Assembly (NCBI RefSeq): GCF_006345805.1
Contig: NC_043025.1
Location: 15,996,001-16,060,000, forward strand
DNA: 64,000 nt
Reading direction: 5' to 3'
Source of the DNA: Octopus sinensis
Lineage: Eukaryota
The position numbers were made by a program, and so were the translations under genes. Under the pieces are notes generated by a model that saw only the letters and a list, made by a program, of their open reading frames with translations, searched no databases and was not told the origin of the DNA. Shown here piece by piece: positions 24,825 to 36,700 of the stretch (position 1 is the first letter of the stretch; each line of letters starts with the position of its first letter).

Positions 24825-24969
24825 CTTTATTTAAAGCAGCAGAAAATTCAACAAAATCTGTTACTCTGAGTTTCTCGTTGCCGTTCATCAGACAAGAACT
24901 GTCTGATGAACGGCAACGTGAAACTCAGAGTAACAGATTTTGTTGAATTTTCTGCTGCTTAAAATAAAG
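24825..24969. repeat. Near-perfect 70-bp inverted repeat (foldback) with 5-nt loop
   Basis: Arms 24825-24894 and 24900-24969, with 2 mismatches by eye. Confidence 0.95.
24899..24936 (+). ncRNA. Minimal type I hammerhead ribozyme motif (Penelope-type)
   Basis: CUGU-CUGAUGA-ACG(GCAA)CGU-GAAA-CUC(A)GAG-UA|ACAG: intact core, 3-bp stem II with GNRA loop, palindromic stem III, GUA cleavage triplet and 4-bp stem I. A mirror copy on the - strand (24858-24895) has a stem II mismatch. Activity is untested. Confidence 0.72.
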
Positions 24970-25038
24970 CATATTACTCTACCACTGGTATTTGAGTACT
25001 CTTTTTTCCACCTTGTTTCACATTTATGTGTTTACTCC

Positions 25039-25086
<48 letters not shown>

Positions 25087-25222
25087 CACATGTACACATG
25101 CACACATGTGTGTGTGTGTGCGCGTATATATATATGTTTATATATACACATGCATATCGATTTATACATATATACACATACACACCCTTGTATACATACA
25201 TGTATACAAGGGCGTGTGTGTG

Positions 25223-25670
25223 TATTGGGTCATCCCATAAATAATGTGGTTTTTTTCAATTGCATGAACTAAAAGTCAGAGGGGGACGGGATAAACTGCC
25301 TGCATCAACTTGCTATAAAAGCAGGAAGTAACTTTACCTTGTCCTTATTCTTAGTACAAGTTTTGAAGAGTGCAGTTTGATTTTATCAGTTAAATCACCA
25401 TTCAAGTATGGCTGATGCCCGTGCCACCTGAGTGGCACGTCAAAAGCTTCATTCAAGTGTGGTTGATGCCAGTGCCGCCTGACTGGCTCTCATGCCGGTG
25501 GTATGTAAAAAGCAGCTACTATATTCTTGGAGTGGTTGGCATTAGGAAGGGCATCCAGCTGTAGAAACCTTCCCAAATCAGATTGGAGCCTGGTGCAGCC
25601 TCTGGGCTTGCCAGACCTCAATCAAAGTGTCCAACTATGCCAGTATTGGAAGGTGGATGTTAAACGACAG

Positions 25671-25701
<31 letters not shown>

Positions 25702-25850
25702 TTTCAAAGCTGTGATAGAAGGGACAAAGGACCATATTTGGCATGTTTTGCTTTATGAGTTCAGTAAAGGCAACAACGCACCGGAAAGTGTGAGGAATAT
25801 TGATGCAGTATATGGGAGGTCGGACAAGTGTAAGCCAGGGTCAGTGAAAG
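25223..25850 (+). mobile_element. Mariner 5' fragment containing a family C SINE
   Basis: TA+TTGGGTCATCCCATAAATAATG TIR. Transposase N-terminus KDHIWHVLLYEFSKGNNA follows the SINE. Same family as 47759-49321. Confidence 0.85.
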
Positions 25851-25983
25851 GTAGAATGCAATAAGGATAAAGTTAATGGAAATTAATGAAACGGTTTTCT
25901 AAAGAAAGGAAGGGAAATTTAGTAAAATGTTAAAAAGTACCTTGTGAATAATTTTGGTATAAAAAAAAAGGGAAGTGAACATT

Positions 25984-26383
25984 GGCGCAGGAGTGGCTGT
26001 GTGGTAAGTAGCTTGCTTAACAGCCATGTGGTTCTGGGTTCAGTCCCACTGCGTGGCACCTTGGGCAAGTGTCTTCTACTATAGCCTCGGACCGACTAAA
26101 GCCTTGTGAGTGGATTTGGTAGATGGAAACTGAAAGAAGCCCGTCGTATATATGTATATGTATATATGAGTGTTTGTGTGTCTGTGTTTGTTCCCCCAAC
26201 ATCGCTTGACAACCGATGCTGGTGTGTTTACGTCCCCGTCACTTAGCGGTTTGGTAAAAGTGACCGATAGAATAAGTACTTGGCTTACAAAGAATAAGTC
26301 CTGGGGTCGATTTGATCGACTAAAGGCGGTGCTCCAGCATGGCCGCAGTCAAATGACTGAAACAAGTAAAAGAGTAAAAGAGT
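25984..26383 (+). mobile_element. SINE family A, full length
   Basis: Matches the family A consensus end to end. Confidence 0.85.
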
Positions 26384-27454
26384 ATTGATTACTGGGATCT
26401 GATTTAAAAGTATTTGAGTTACTATTTCTAGCAGATAATCTAGGCTGATTCACGCCATCTTGGTTGGCGTTTGTCAGATGATGTCAGAGGTCAAGGAGGA
26501 GGTGAAGTTCACTTCATTAAGTTTATTTTGAGAACTTTGGGACAAATTGGCCAAACTTGGGACTGGAATGATTGTTGTTGTTGTTGCTGTTTGTTCCTTC
26601 TCGAGGCATGCCTGGCTCATAAGGGCCGGTTTCTCGGTTTCATTGACCTATAGGTTCCCCACCTGGACGGGATGCCGGTCCACCGCAGATGCAAGAGGAA
26701 AGAGTGAGAGAAAGTTGTGGTGAAAGAGTTAGCAGCAGTTATTATCTTTTGCTGGAGCCACATGGAGCTTAGGTATTTCACTCATAAACACACACACTGC
26801 CCAGTCTGAGATTTGAACCCGTAATCCTTTGACTGTGAGTCTGCCACTCTAACCACTAGGCCATGTGCCTCCACAGAATGATTGCATACAGAATTCTAAT
26901 TCATCCTTAACCTCGATCAAACACCACCAGGGCATATAGTCATTATAAATATATTATAGTCATGCTATTTAGCTGTCTTAAGTCCTGGGCCCGGGATCCA
27001 GTTAGCTCCCTGTAGGGAGCTTGCCTAAAAGTCTGCAGAACCTAGAAAATAAAAGATAGAGAAAAAGAAATAATGACAAAGTGAAATGAAATAGAAGTTT
27101 TTAAAGAGAAACTTATGTAGATACTAACAGTATTAATAGGAGATTAATATGTAAAATGCTTTTAGTATATCTCATTGTATTATAATAAGAACTACTTACT
27201 TTCAACGAACACCTATCAGTATCATTTTTCCATATATTTACTTTGTTTCTTTTTCTTCTTTTCTCTTTCTTTATGGTCTTTTATTTCCTAGGTTATTAAT
27301 GATAAATATGTTTTTTGTTTTCTTGTACCAAAACTACCTACTAGTTACTTTTTAATACGTTACTAAATTTCTCTTTTCTTCTTAGAAAACCGTCTTATTA
27401 ATTTCTATTAATTTTATCCTTACTGTCTTCCATACTTTTTTTTTTTTTTTTGCT

Positions 27455-27681
27455 TTAACCCTTTAGTATTTAAACCGGCCATATCCGGCCAAAATATTTA
27501 ATCTGTTTTATGTTCAAACTGACCAGATCCAGGCTCTCACACCTACCCTACAATGTTATTCTACATTAAGTAATTACACCATCAAGATCTTGAAGATATG
27601 AGATAATGCATGATTAATTCAAATCAGTGTGAACCAATAAACATATTGTTTGATAGAATAATCTGAACACTAAAGGGTTAA
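27455..27681 (-). mobile_element. piggyBac-like MITE, second copy
   Basis: TTAA-CCCTTTAG...CTAAAGGG-TTAA. Reverse-complement relative of 12-239. Confidence 0.72.
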
Positions 27682-27764
27682 ATATTTACTTATTTAAAAA
27701 ATTCTAATCTTTAATTTAATATTGTTCATATTTCTCATGTTTGATATCAATCCTATATTTCCTA

Positions 27765-30700
27765 TTCTACTATATATAACCAATTCTACTATAAGGCTCA
27801 GAACCTGGACATTATCAAAGAAGCTTGAGAGGCGGTTGGATAGAACATACACTCGCCTCCTTATGAGAGCTCAAAATCTCTCGTGGAAGCGTCATCCAAC
27901 CAAAGTAGAAATATATGGGAAACTACCACCTGTGTCATCTCTTGTGAAAGGTAGGAGAGTCCAGTTTGCTGGACATTGTTGTAGAGCTGAAAAAGAGGTA
28001 ATTTCTACTCTTCTCTGGAAGCCATCTACTCGCGATACCAGAGGGCGCACACTCTCCTACCCTGATGTAATCTCCAGGGATACAGGCATCCAGCAACAGG
28101 ACCTCCGTAATGCCGTGATGGACCGTGAGGTCTGGCGTAACATGGTAAATTCCATTGTCTCGACCACGGTCGCAATACCAGGGGGCGTACACTCTCCTAC
28201 CCTGATGTAATCTCCAGGGATACAGGCATCCAGCAACAGGACCTCCGTGATGCTATGATGGACCGTGAGGTCTGGCGTAGCATGGTAAATTCCATTGTCT
28301 CGACCACGGTCGCAATACCAGAGGACGCACACTCTCCTACCCTGATGTAATCTCCAGGGATACAGGCATCCAGCAACAGGACCTCCGTAATGCTATGATG
28401 GACCGTGAAGTCTGGCGTAACATAGTAAATTCCATTGTCTCGACCACGGTCACAATACCAGAGGGCGTACACTCTCCTACCCTGATGTAATCTCCAGGGA
28501 TACAGGCATCCAGCAACAGGACCTCCGTAATGCTATGATGGACTGTGAAGTCTGGCGTAACATAGTAAATTCCATTGTCTCAACCATGGTCGCAATACCA
28601 GAGGGCGTACACTCTCCTACCCTGATGTAATCTCCAGGGATACAGGCATCCAGCAACAGGACATCCGTAATGCTATGATGGACTGTGAAGTCTGGCGTAG
28701 CATAGTAAATTCCATTGTCTCGACCACGGTCGCAATACCAGAGGGTGCACACTCTCCTACCCTGATGTAATCTCCAGGGATACAGGCATCCAGCAACAGG
28801 ACCTCCGTAATGCTATGATGGACTGTGAAGTCTGGCGTAACATAGTAAATTCCATTGTCTCGACCACGGTCACAATACCAGAGGGCGTACACTCTCTCCT
28901 ACCCTGATGTAATCTCCAGGGATACAGGCATCCAGCAACAGGACCTCCGTAATGCTATGATGGACTGTGAAGTCTGGCGTAACATAGTAAATTCCATTGT
29001 CTCACCATGGTCGCAATACCAGAGGGCGTACACTCTCCTACCCTGATGTAATCTCCAGGATACAGGCATCCAGCAACAGGACATCCGTAATGCTATGATG
29101 GACTGTGAAGTCTGGCGTAGCATAGTAAATTCCATTGTCTCGACCACGGTCGCAATACCAGAGGGTGCACACTCTCCTACCCTGATGTAATCTCCAGGGA
29201 TACAGGCATCCAGCAACAGGACCTCCGTAATGCTATGATGGACTGTGAAGTCTGGCGTAGCATAGTAAATTCCATTGTCTCGACCACGGTCGCAATACCA
29301 GAGGGCGTACACTCTCCTACCCTGATGTAATCTCCAGGGATACAGGCATCCAGCAACAGGACCTCCGTAATGCTATGATGGACTGTGAAGTCTGGCGTAG
29401 CATAGTAAATTCCATTGTCTCGACCACGGTCGCAATACCAGAGGGCGTACACTCTCCTACCCTGATGTAATCTCCAGGGATACAGGCATCCAGCAACAGG
29501 ACCTCCGTAATGCTATGATGGACTGTGAAGTCTGGCGTAACATAGTAAATTCCATTGTCTCAACCATGGTCGCAATACCAGAGGGCGTACACTCTCCTAC
29601 CCTGATGTAATCTCCAGGGATACAGGCATCCAGCAACAGGACATCCGTAATGCTATGATGGACTGTGAAGTCTGGCGTAGCATAGTAAATTCCATTGTCT
29701 CGACCACGGTCGCAATACCAGAGGGTGCACACTCTCCTACCCTGATGTAATCTCCAGGGATACAGGCATCCAGCAACAGGACCTCCGTAATGCTATGATG
29801 GACTGTGAAGTCTGGCGTAACATAGTAAATTCCATTGTCTCGACCACGGTCACAATACCAGAGGGCGTACACTCTCCTACCCTGATGTAATCTCCAGGGA
29901 TACAGGCATCCAGCAACAGGACCTCCGTAATGCTATGATGGACTGTGAAGTCTGGCGTAACATAGTAAATTCCATTGTCTCAACCATGGTCGCAATACCA
30001 GAGGGCGTACACTCTCCTACCCTGATGTAATCTCCAGGGATACAGGCATCCAGCAACAGGCATCCGTAATGCTATGATGGACTGTGAAGTCTGGCGTAGC
30101 ATAGTAAATTCCATTGTCTCGACCACGGTCGCAATACCAGAGGTGCACACTCTCCTACCCTGATGTAATCTCCAGGGATACAGCATCCAGCAACAGGACC
30201 TCCGTAATGCTATGATGGACTGTGAAGTCTGGAATAACATAGTAAATTCCATTGTCTCGACCACGGTCGCAATACCAGGGTGCACACTCTCCTACCCTGA
30301 TGTAATCTCCAGGGATACAGGCATCCAGCAACAGGACCTCCGTAATGCTATGATGGACTGTGAAGTCTGGCGTAACATAGTAAATTCCATTTTCTCGACC
30401 ACGGTCGCAATACCAGAGGCGTACACTCTCTACCACCTGATGTAATCTCCAGGGATACAGGCAATCCAGCAACAGGACCTCCGTAATGCCATGATGGACC
30501 GTGAGGTCTGGCGTAACATGGTAAATTCCATTGTCTCGACCACGGTCGCTATACTACCAGAGGCGTACACTCTCCTACCCTGATGTAATCTCCGGGGATA
30601 CAGGCATCCAGCAACAGGACCTCCGTGATGCTATGATGGACCGTGAGGTCTGGCGTAGCATGGTAAATTCCATTGTCTCGACCACGGTCGCAATACCAGA

Positions 30701-33700
30701 GGCGCACACTCTCCTACCCTGATGTAATCTCCAGGGATACAGGCATCCAGCAACAGGACCTCCGTAATGCTATGATGGACCGTGAAGTCTGGCGTAACAT
30801 AGTAAATTCCATTGTCTCGACCACAGTCACAATACCAGAGGGCGTACACTCTCCTACCCTGATGTAATCTCCAGGGATACAGGCATCCAGCAACAGGACC
30901 TCCGTAATGCTATGATGGACTGTGAAGTCTGGCGTAGCATAGTAAATTCCATTGTCTCGACCACGTCGCAATACCAGAGGGTGCACACTCTCCTACCCTG
31001 ATGTAATCTCCAGGGATACATGCATCCAGCAACAGGACCTCCGTAATGCTATGATGGACTGTGAAGTCTGGCGTAACATGTAAATTCCATTGTCTCGACC
31101 ACGGTCGCAATACCAGAGGGTGCACACTCTCCTACCCTGATGTAATCTCCAGGGATACAGGCATCCAGCAACAGGACCTCCGTAATGCTATGATGGACTG
31201 TGAAGTCTGGCGTAACATAGTAAATTCCATTGTCTCGACCACGGTCGCAATACCAGAGGGTGCACACTCTCCTACCCTGATGTAATCTCCAGGGATACAG
31301 GCATCCAGCAACAGGACCTCCGTAATGCTATGATGGACCGTGAAGTCTGGCGTAACATAGTAAATTCCATTGTCTCGACCACGGTCACAATACCAGAGGG
31401 CGTACACTCTCCTACCCTGATGTAATCTCCAGGGATACAGGCATCCAGCAACAGGACCTCCGTAATGCTATGATGGACTGTGAAGTCTGGCGTAGCATAG
31501 TAAATTCCATTGTCTCGACCACGGTCGCAATACCAGAGGGTGCACACTCTCCTACCCTGATGTAATCTCCAGGGATACATGCATCCAGCAACAGGACCTC
31601 CGTAATGCTATGATGGACTGTGAAGTCTGGCGTAACATAGTAATTCCATTGTCTCGACCACGGTCGCAATACCAGAGGGTGCACACTCTCCTACCCTGAT
31701 GTAATCTCCAGGGATACAGGCATCCAGCAACAGGACCTCCGTAATGCTATGATGGACTGTGAAGTCTGGCGTAACATAGTAAATTCCATTGTCTCGACCA
31801 CGGTCGCAATACCAGAGTGTGCACACTCTCCTACCCTGATGTAATCTCCAGGGATACAGGCATCCAGCAACAGGACCTCCGTAATGCTATGATGGACTGT
31901 GAAGTCTGGCGTAACATAGTAAATTCCATTGTCTCGACCACGGTCGCAATACCAGAGGGTGCACACTCTCCTACCCTGATGTAATCTCCAGGGATACAGG
32001 CATCCAGCAACAGGACCTCCGTAATGCTATGATGGACTGTGAAGTCTGGCGTAACATAGTAAATTCCATTGTCTCGACCACGGTCGCAATACCAGAGGGC
32101 GTACACTCTCCTACCCTGATGTAATCTCCAGGGATACAGGCATCCAGCAACAGGACCTCCGTAATGCCATGATGGACCGTGAGGTCTGGCGTAACATGGT
32201 AAATTCCATTGTCTCGACCACGGTCGCAATACCAGAGGGCGTACACTCTCCTACCCTGATGTAATCTCCAGGGATACAGGCATCCAGCAACAGGACCTCC
32301 GTGATGCTATGATGGACCGTGAGGTCTGGCGTAGCATGGTAAATTCCATTGTCTCGACCACGGTCGCAATACCAGAGGGCGCACACTCTCCTACCCTGAT
32401 GTAATCTCCAGGGATACAGGCATCCAGCAACAGGACCTCCGTAATGCTATGATGGACCGTGAAGTCTGGCGTAACATAGTAAATTCCATTGTCTCAACCA
32501 CGGTCACAATACCAGAGGGCGTACACTCTCCTACCCTGATGTAATCTCCAGGGATACAGGCATCCAGCAACAGGACCTCCGTAATGCTATGATGGACTGT
32601 GAAGTCTGGCGTAACATAGTAAATTCCATTGTCTCAACCACGGTCGCAATACCAGAGGGCGTACACTCTCCTACCCTGATGTAATCTCCAGGGATACAGG
32701 CATCCAGCAACAGACCTCCGTAATGCTATGATGGACTGTGAAGTCTGGCGTAACATAGTAAATTCCATTGTCTCGACCACGGTCGCAATACCAGAGGGTG
32801 CACACTCTCCTACCCTGATGTAATCTCCAGGGATACAGGCATCCAGCAACAGGACCTCCGTAATGCTATGATGGACTGTGAAGTCTGGCGTAACATAGTG
32901 AATTCCATTGTCTCGACCACGGTCGCAATACCAGAGGGTGCACACTCTCCTACCCTGATGTAATCTCCAGGGATACAGGCATCCAGCAACAGGACCTCCG
33001 TAATGCTATGATGGACTGTGAAGTCTGGCGTAACATAGTAAATTCCATTGTCTCGACCACGATCGCAATACCAGAGGGTGCACACTCTCCTACCCTGATG
33101 TAATCTCCAGGGATACAGGCATCCAGCAACAGGACCTCCGTAATGCTATGATGGACTGTGAAGTCTGGCGTAACATAGTAAATTCCATTGTCTCGACCAC
33201 GGTCGCAATACCAGAGGGCGTACACTCTCCTACCCTGATGTAATCTCCAGGGATACAGGCATCCAGCAACAGGACCTCCGTAATGCTATGATGGACTGTG
33301 AAGTCTGGCGTAACATAGTAAATTCCATTGTCTCGACCACAGTCGCAATACCAGAGGGTGCACACTCTCCTACCCTGATGTAATCTCCAGGGATACAGGC
33401 ATCCAGCAACAGGACCTCCGTAATGCTATGATGGACTGTGAAGTCTGGCGTAACATAGTAAATTCCATTGTCTCGACCACGGTCGCAATACCAGAGGGTG
33501 CACACTCTCCTACCCTGATGTAATCTCCAGGGATACAGGCATCCAGCAACAGGACCTCCGTAATGCTATGATGGACTGTGAAGTCTGGCGTAACATAGTA
33601 AATTCCATTGTCTCGACCACGGTCGCAATACCAGAGGGTGCACACTCTCCTACCCTGATGTAATCTCCAGGGATACAGGCATCCAGCAACAGGACCTCCG

Positions 33701-36700
33701 TAATGCTATGATGGACTGTGAAGTCTGGCGTAGCATGGTAAATTCCATTGTCTCGACCACGGTCGCAATACCAGAGGGCGTACACTCTCCTACCCTGATG
33801 TAATCTCCAGGGATACAGGCATCCAGCAACAGGACCTCCGTTATGCTATGATGGACCGTGAAGTCTGGCGTAACATTGTAAATTCCATTGTCTCGACCAC
33901 GGTCGCAATACCAGAGGGCGCACACTCTCCTACCCTGATGTAATCTCCAGGGATACAGGCATCCAGCAACAGGACCTCCGTAATGCTATGATGGACTGTG
34001 AAGTCTGGCGTAACATAGTAAATTCCATTGTCTCGACCACGGTCACAATACCAGAGGGCGTACACTCTCCTACCCTGATGTAATCTCCAGGGATACAGGC
34101 ATCCAGCAACAGGACCTCCGTAATGCTATGATGGACTGTGAAGTCTGGCGTAACATAGTAAATTCCATTGTCTCGACCACGGTCGCAATACCAGAGGGTG
34201 CACACTCTCCTACCCTGATGTAATCTCCAGGGATACAGGCATCCAGCAACAGGACCTCCGTAATGCTATGATGGACTGTGAAGTCTGGCGTAACATAGTA
34301 AATTCCATTGTCTCGACCACGGTCGCAATACCAGAGGTGCACACTCTCCTACCCTGATGTAATCTCCAGGGATACAGGCATCCAGCAACAGGACCTCCGT
34401 AATGCTATGATGGACTGTGAAGTCTGGCGTAGCATGGTAAGTTCCATTGTCTCGACCACGGTCGCAATACCAGAGGGCGTACACTCTCCTACCCTGATGT
34501 AATCTCCAGGGATACAGGCATCCAGCAACAGGACCTCCGTAATGCTATGATGGACTGTGAAGTCTGGCGTAACATAGTAAATTCCATTGTCTCGACCACG
34601 GTCGCAATACCAGAGGGTGCACACTCTCCTACCCTGATGTAATCTCCAGGGATACAGGCATCCAGCAACAGGACCTCCGTAATGCTATGATGGACTGTGA
34701 AGTCTGGCGTAACATAGTAAATTCCATTGTCTCGACCACGGTCGCAATACCAGAGGGTGCACACTCTCCTACCCTGATGTAATCTCCAGGGATACAGGCA
34801 TCCAGCAACAGGACCTCCGTAATGCTATGATGGACTGTGAAGTCTGGCGTAACATAGTAAATTCCATTGTCTCGACCACGATCGCAATACCAGAGGGTGC
34901 ACACTCTCCTACCCTGATGTAATCTCCAGGGATACAGGCATCCAGCAACAGGACCTCCGTAATGCTATGATAGACTGTGAAGTCTGGCGTAACATAGTAA
35001 ATTCCATTGTCTCGACCACGGTCGCAATACCAGAGGGCGTACACTCTCCTACCCTGATGTAATCTCCAGGGATACAGGCATCCAGCAACAGGACCTCCGT
35101 AATGCCATGATGGACCGTGAGGTCTGGCGTAACATGGTAAATTCCATTGTCTCGACCACGGTCGCAATACCAGAGGGCGTACACTCTCCTACCCTGATGT
35201 AATCTCCAGGGATACAGGCATCCAGCAACAGGACCTCCGTAATGCTATGATGGACTGTGAAGTTTGGCGTAACATAGTAAATTCCATTGTCTCAACCATG
35301 GTCGCAATACCAGAGGGCGTACACTCTCCTACCCTGATGTAATCTCCAGGGATACAGGCATCCAGCAACAGGACCTCCGTAATGCTATGATGGACTGTGA
35401 AGTCTGGCGTAGCATAGTAAATTCCATTGTCTCGACCACGGTCGCAATACCAGAGGTGCACACTCTCCTACCTACCCTGATGTAATCTCCAGGGATACAG
35501 GCATCCAGCAACAGGACCTCTGTAATGCTATGATGGACTGTGAAGTCTGGCGTAACATAGTAAATTCCATTGTCTCGACCACGGTCGCAATACCAGAGGG
35601 CGTACACTCTCCTACCCTGATGTAATCTCCAGGATACAGGCATCCAGCAACAGAACCTCCGTAATGCTATGATGGACTGTGAAGTCTGGCGTAACATAGT
35701 AAATTCCATTGTCTCGACCACGGTCGCAATACCAGAGGGCGTGCACTCTCCTACCCTGATGTAATCTCCGGGGATACAGGCATCCAGCAACAGGACCTCC
35801 GTAATGCTATGATGACGTGAAGTCTGGCGTAGCATAGTAAATTCCATTGTCTCGACCACGGTCGCAATACCAGAGGGTGCACACTCTCCTACCCTGATGT
35901 AATCTCCAGGGATACAGGCATCCAGCAACAGGACCTCCGTAATGCTATGATGGACTGTGAAGTCTGGCGTAACATAGTAAATTCCATTGTCTCGACCACG
36001 GTCGCAATACCAGAGGGTGCACACTCTCCTACCCTGATGTAATCTCCAGGATACAGGCATCCAGCAACAGGACCTCCGTAATGCTATGATGGACTGTGAA
36101 GTCTGGCGTAACATAGTAATTCCATTGTCTCGACCACGATCGCAATACCAGAGGGTGCACACTCTCCTACCCTGATGTAATCTCCAGGGATACAGGCATC
36201 CAGCAACAGGACCTCCGTAATGCTATGATGGACTGTGAAGTCTGGCGTAACATAGTAAATTCCATTGTCTCGAACACGGTCGCAATACCAGAGGGCATAC
36301 ACTCTCCTACCCTGATGTAATCTCCGGGGATACAGGCATCCAGCAACAGGACCTCCGTAATGCTATGATGGACTGTGAAGTCTGGCGTAACATAGTAAAT
36401 TCCATTGTCTCGACCACAGTCGCAATACCAGAGGGTGCACACTCTCCTACCCTGATGTAATCTCCAGGGATACAGGCATCCAGCAACAGGACCTCCGTAA
36501 TGCTATGATGGACTGTGAAGTCTGGCGTAACATAGCAAATTCCATTGTCTCGACCACAGTCGCAATACCAGAGGGTGCACACTCTCCTACCCTGATGTAA
36601 TCTCCAGGGATACAGGCATCCAGCAACAGGACCTTCGTAATGCTATGATGGACTGTGAAGTCTGGCGTAACATAGTAAATTCCATTGTCTCGACCACGAT

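Noticed and set aside
28078-28144. Cryptic 67-nt pseudo-exon in each unit (ctccag|G...catg|gtaaat) with selection against the donor
   Set aside because: The pyrimidine tract is weak, and the solo copy already has catag, so the weak donor may be ancestral.
28880-31100. Cluster of 1-2-bp indels in array units as real mutations
   Set aside because: They are mostly in homopolymers or dinucleotides and locally concentrated, so they may be long-read consensus errors. Not interpreted.
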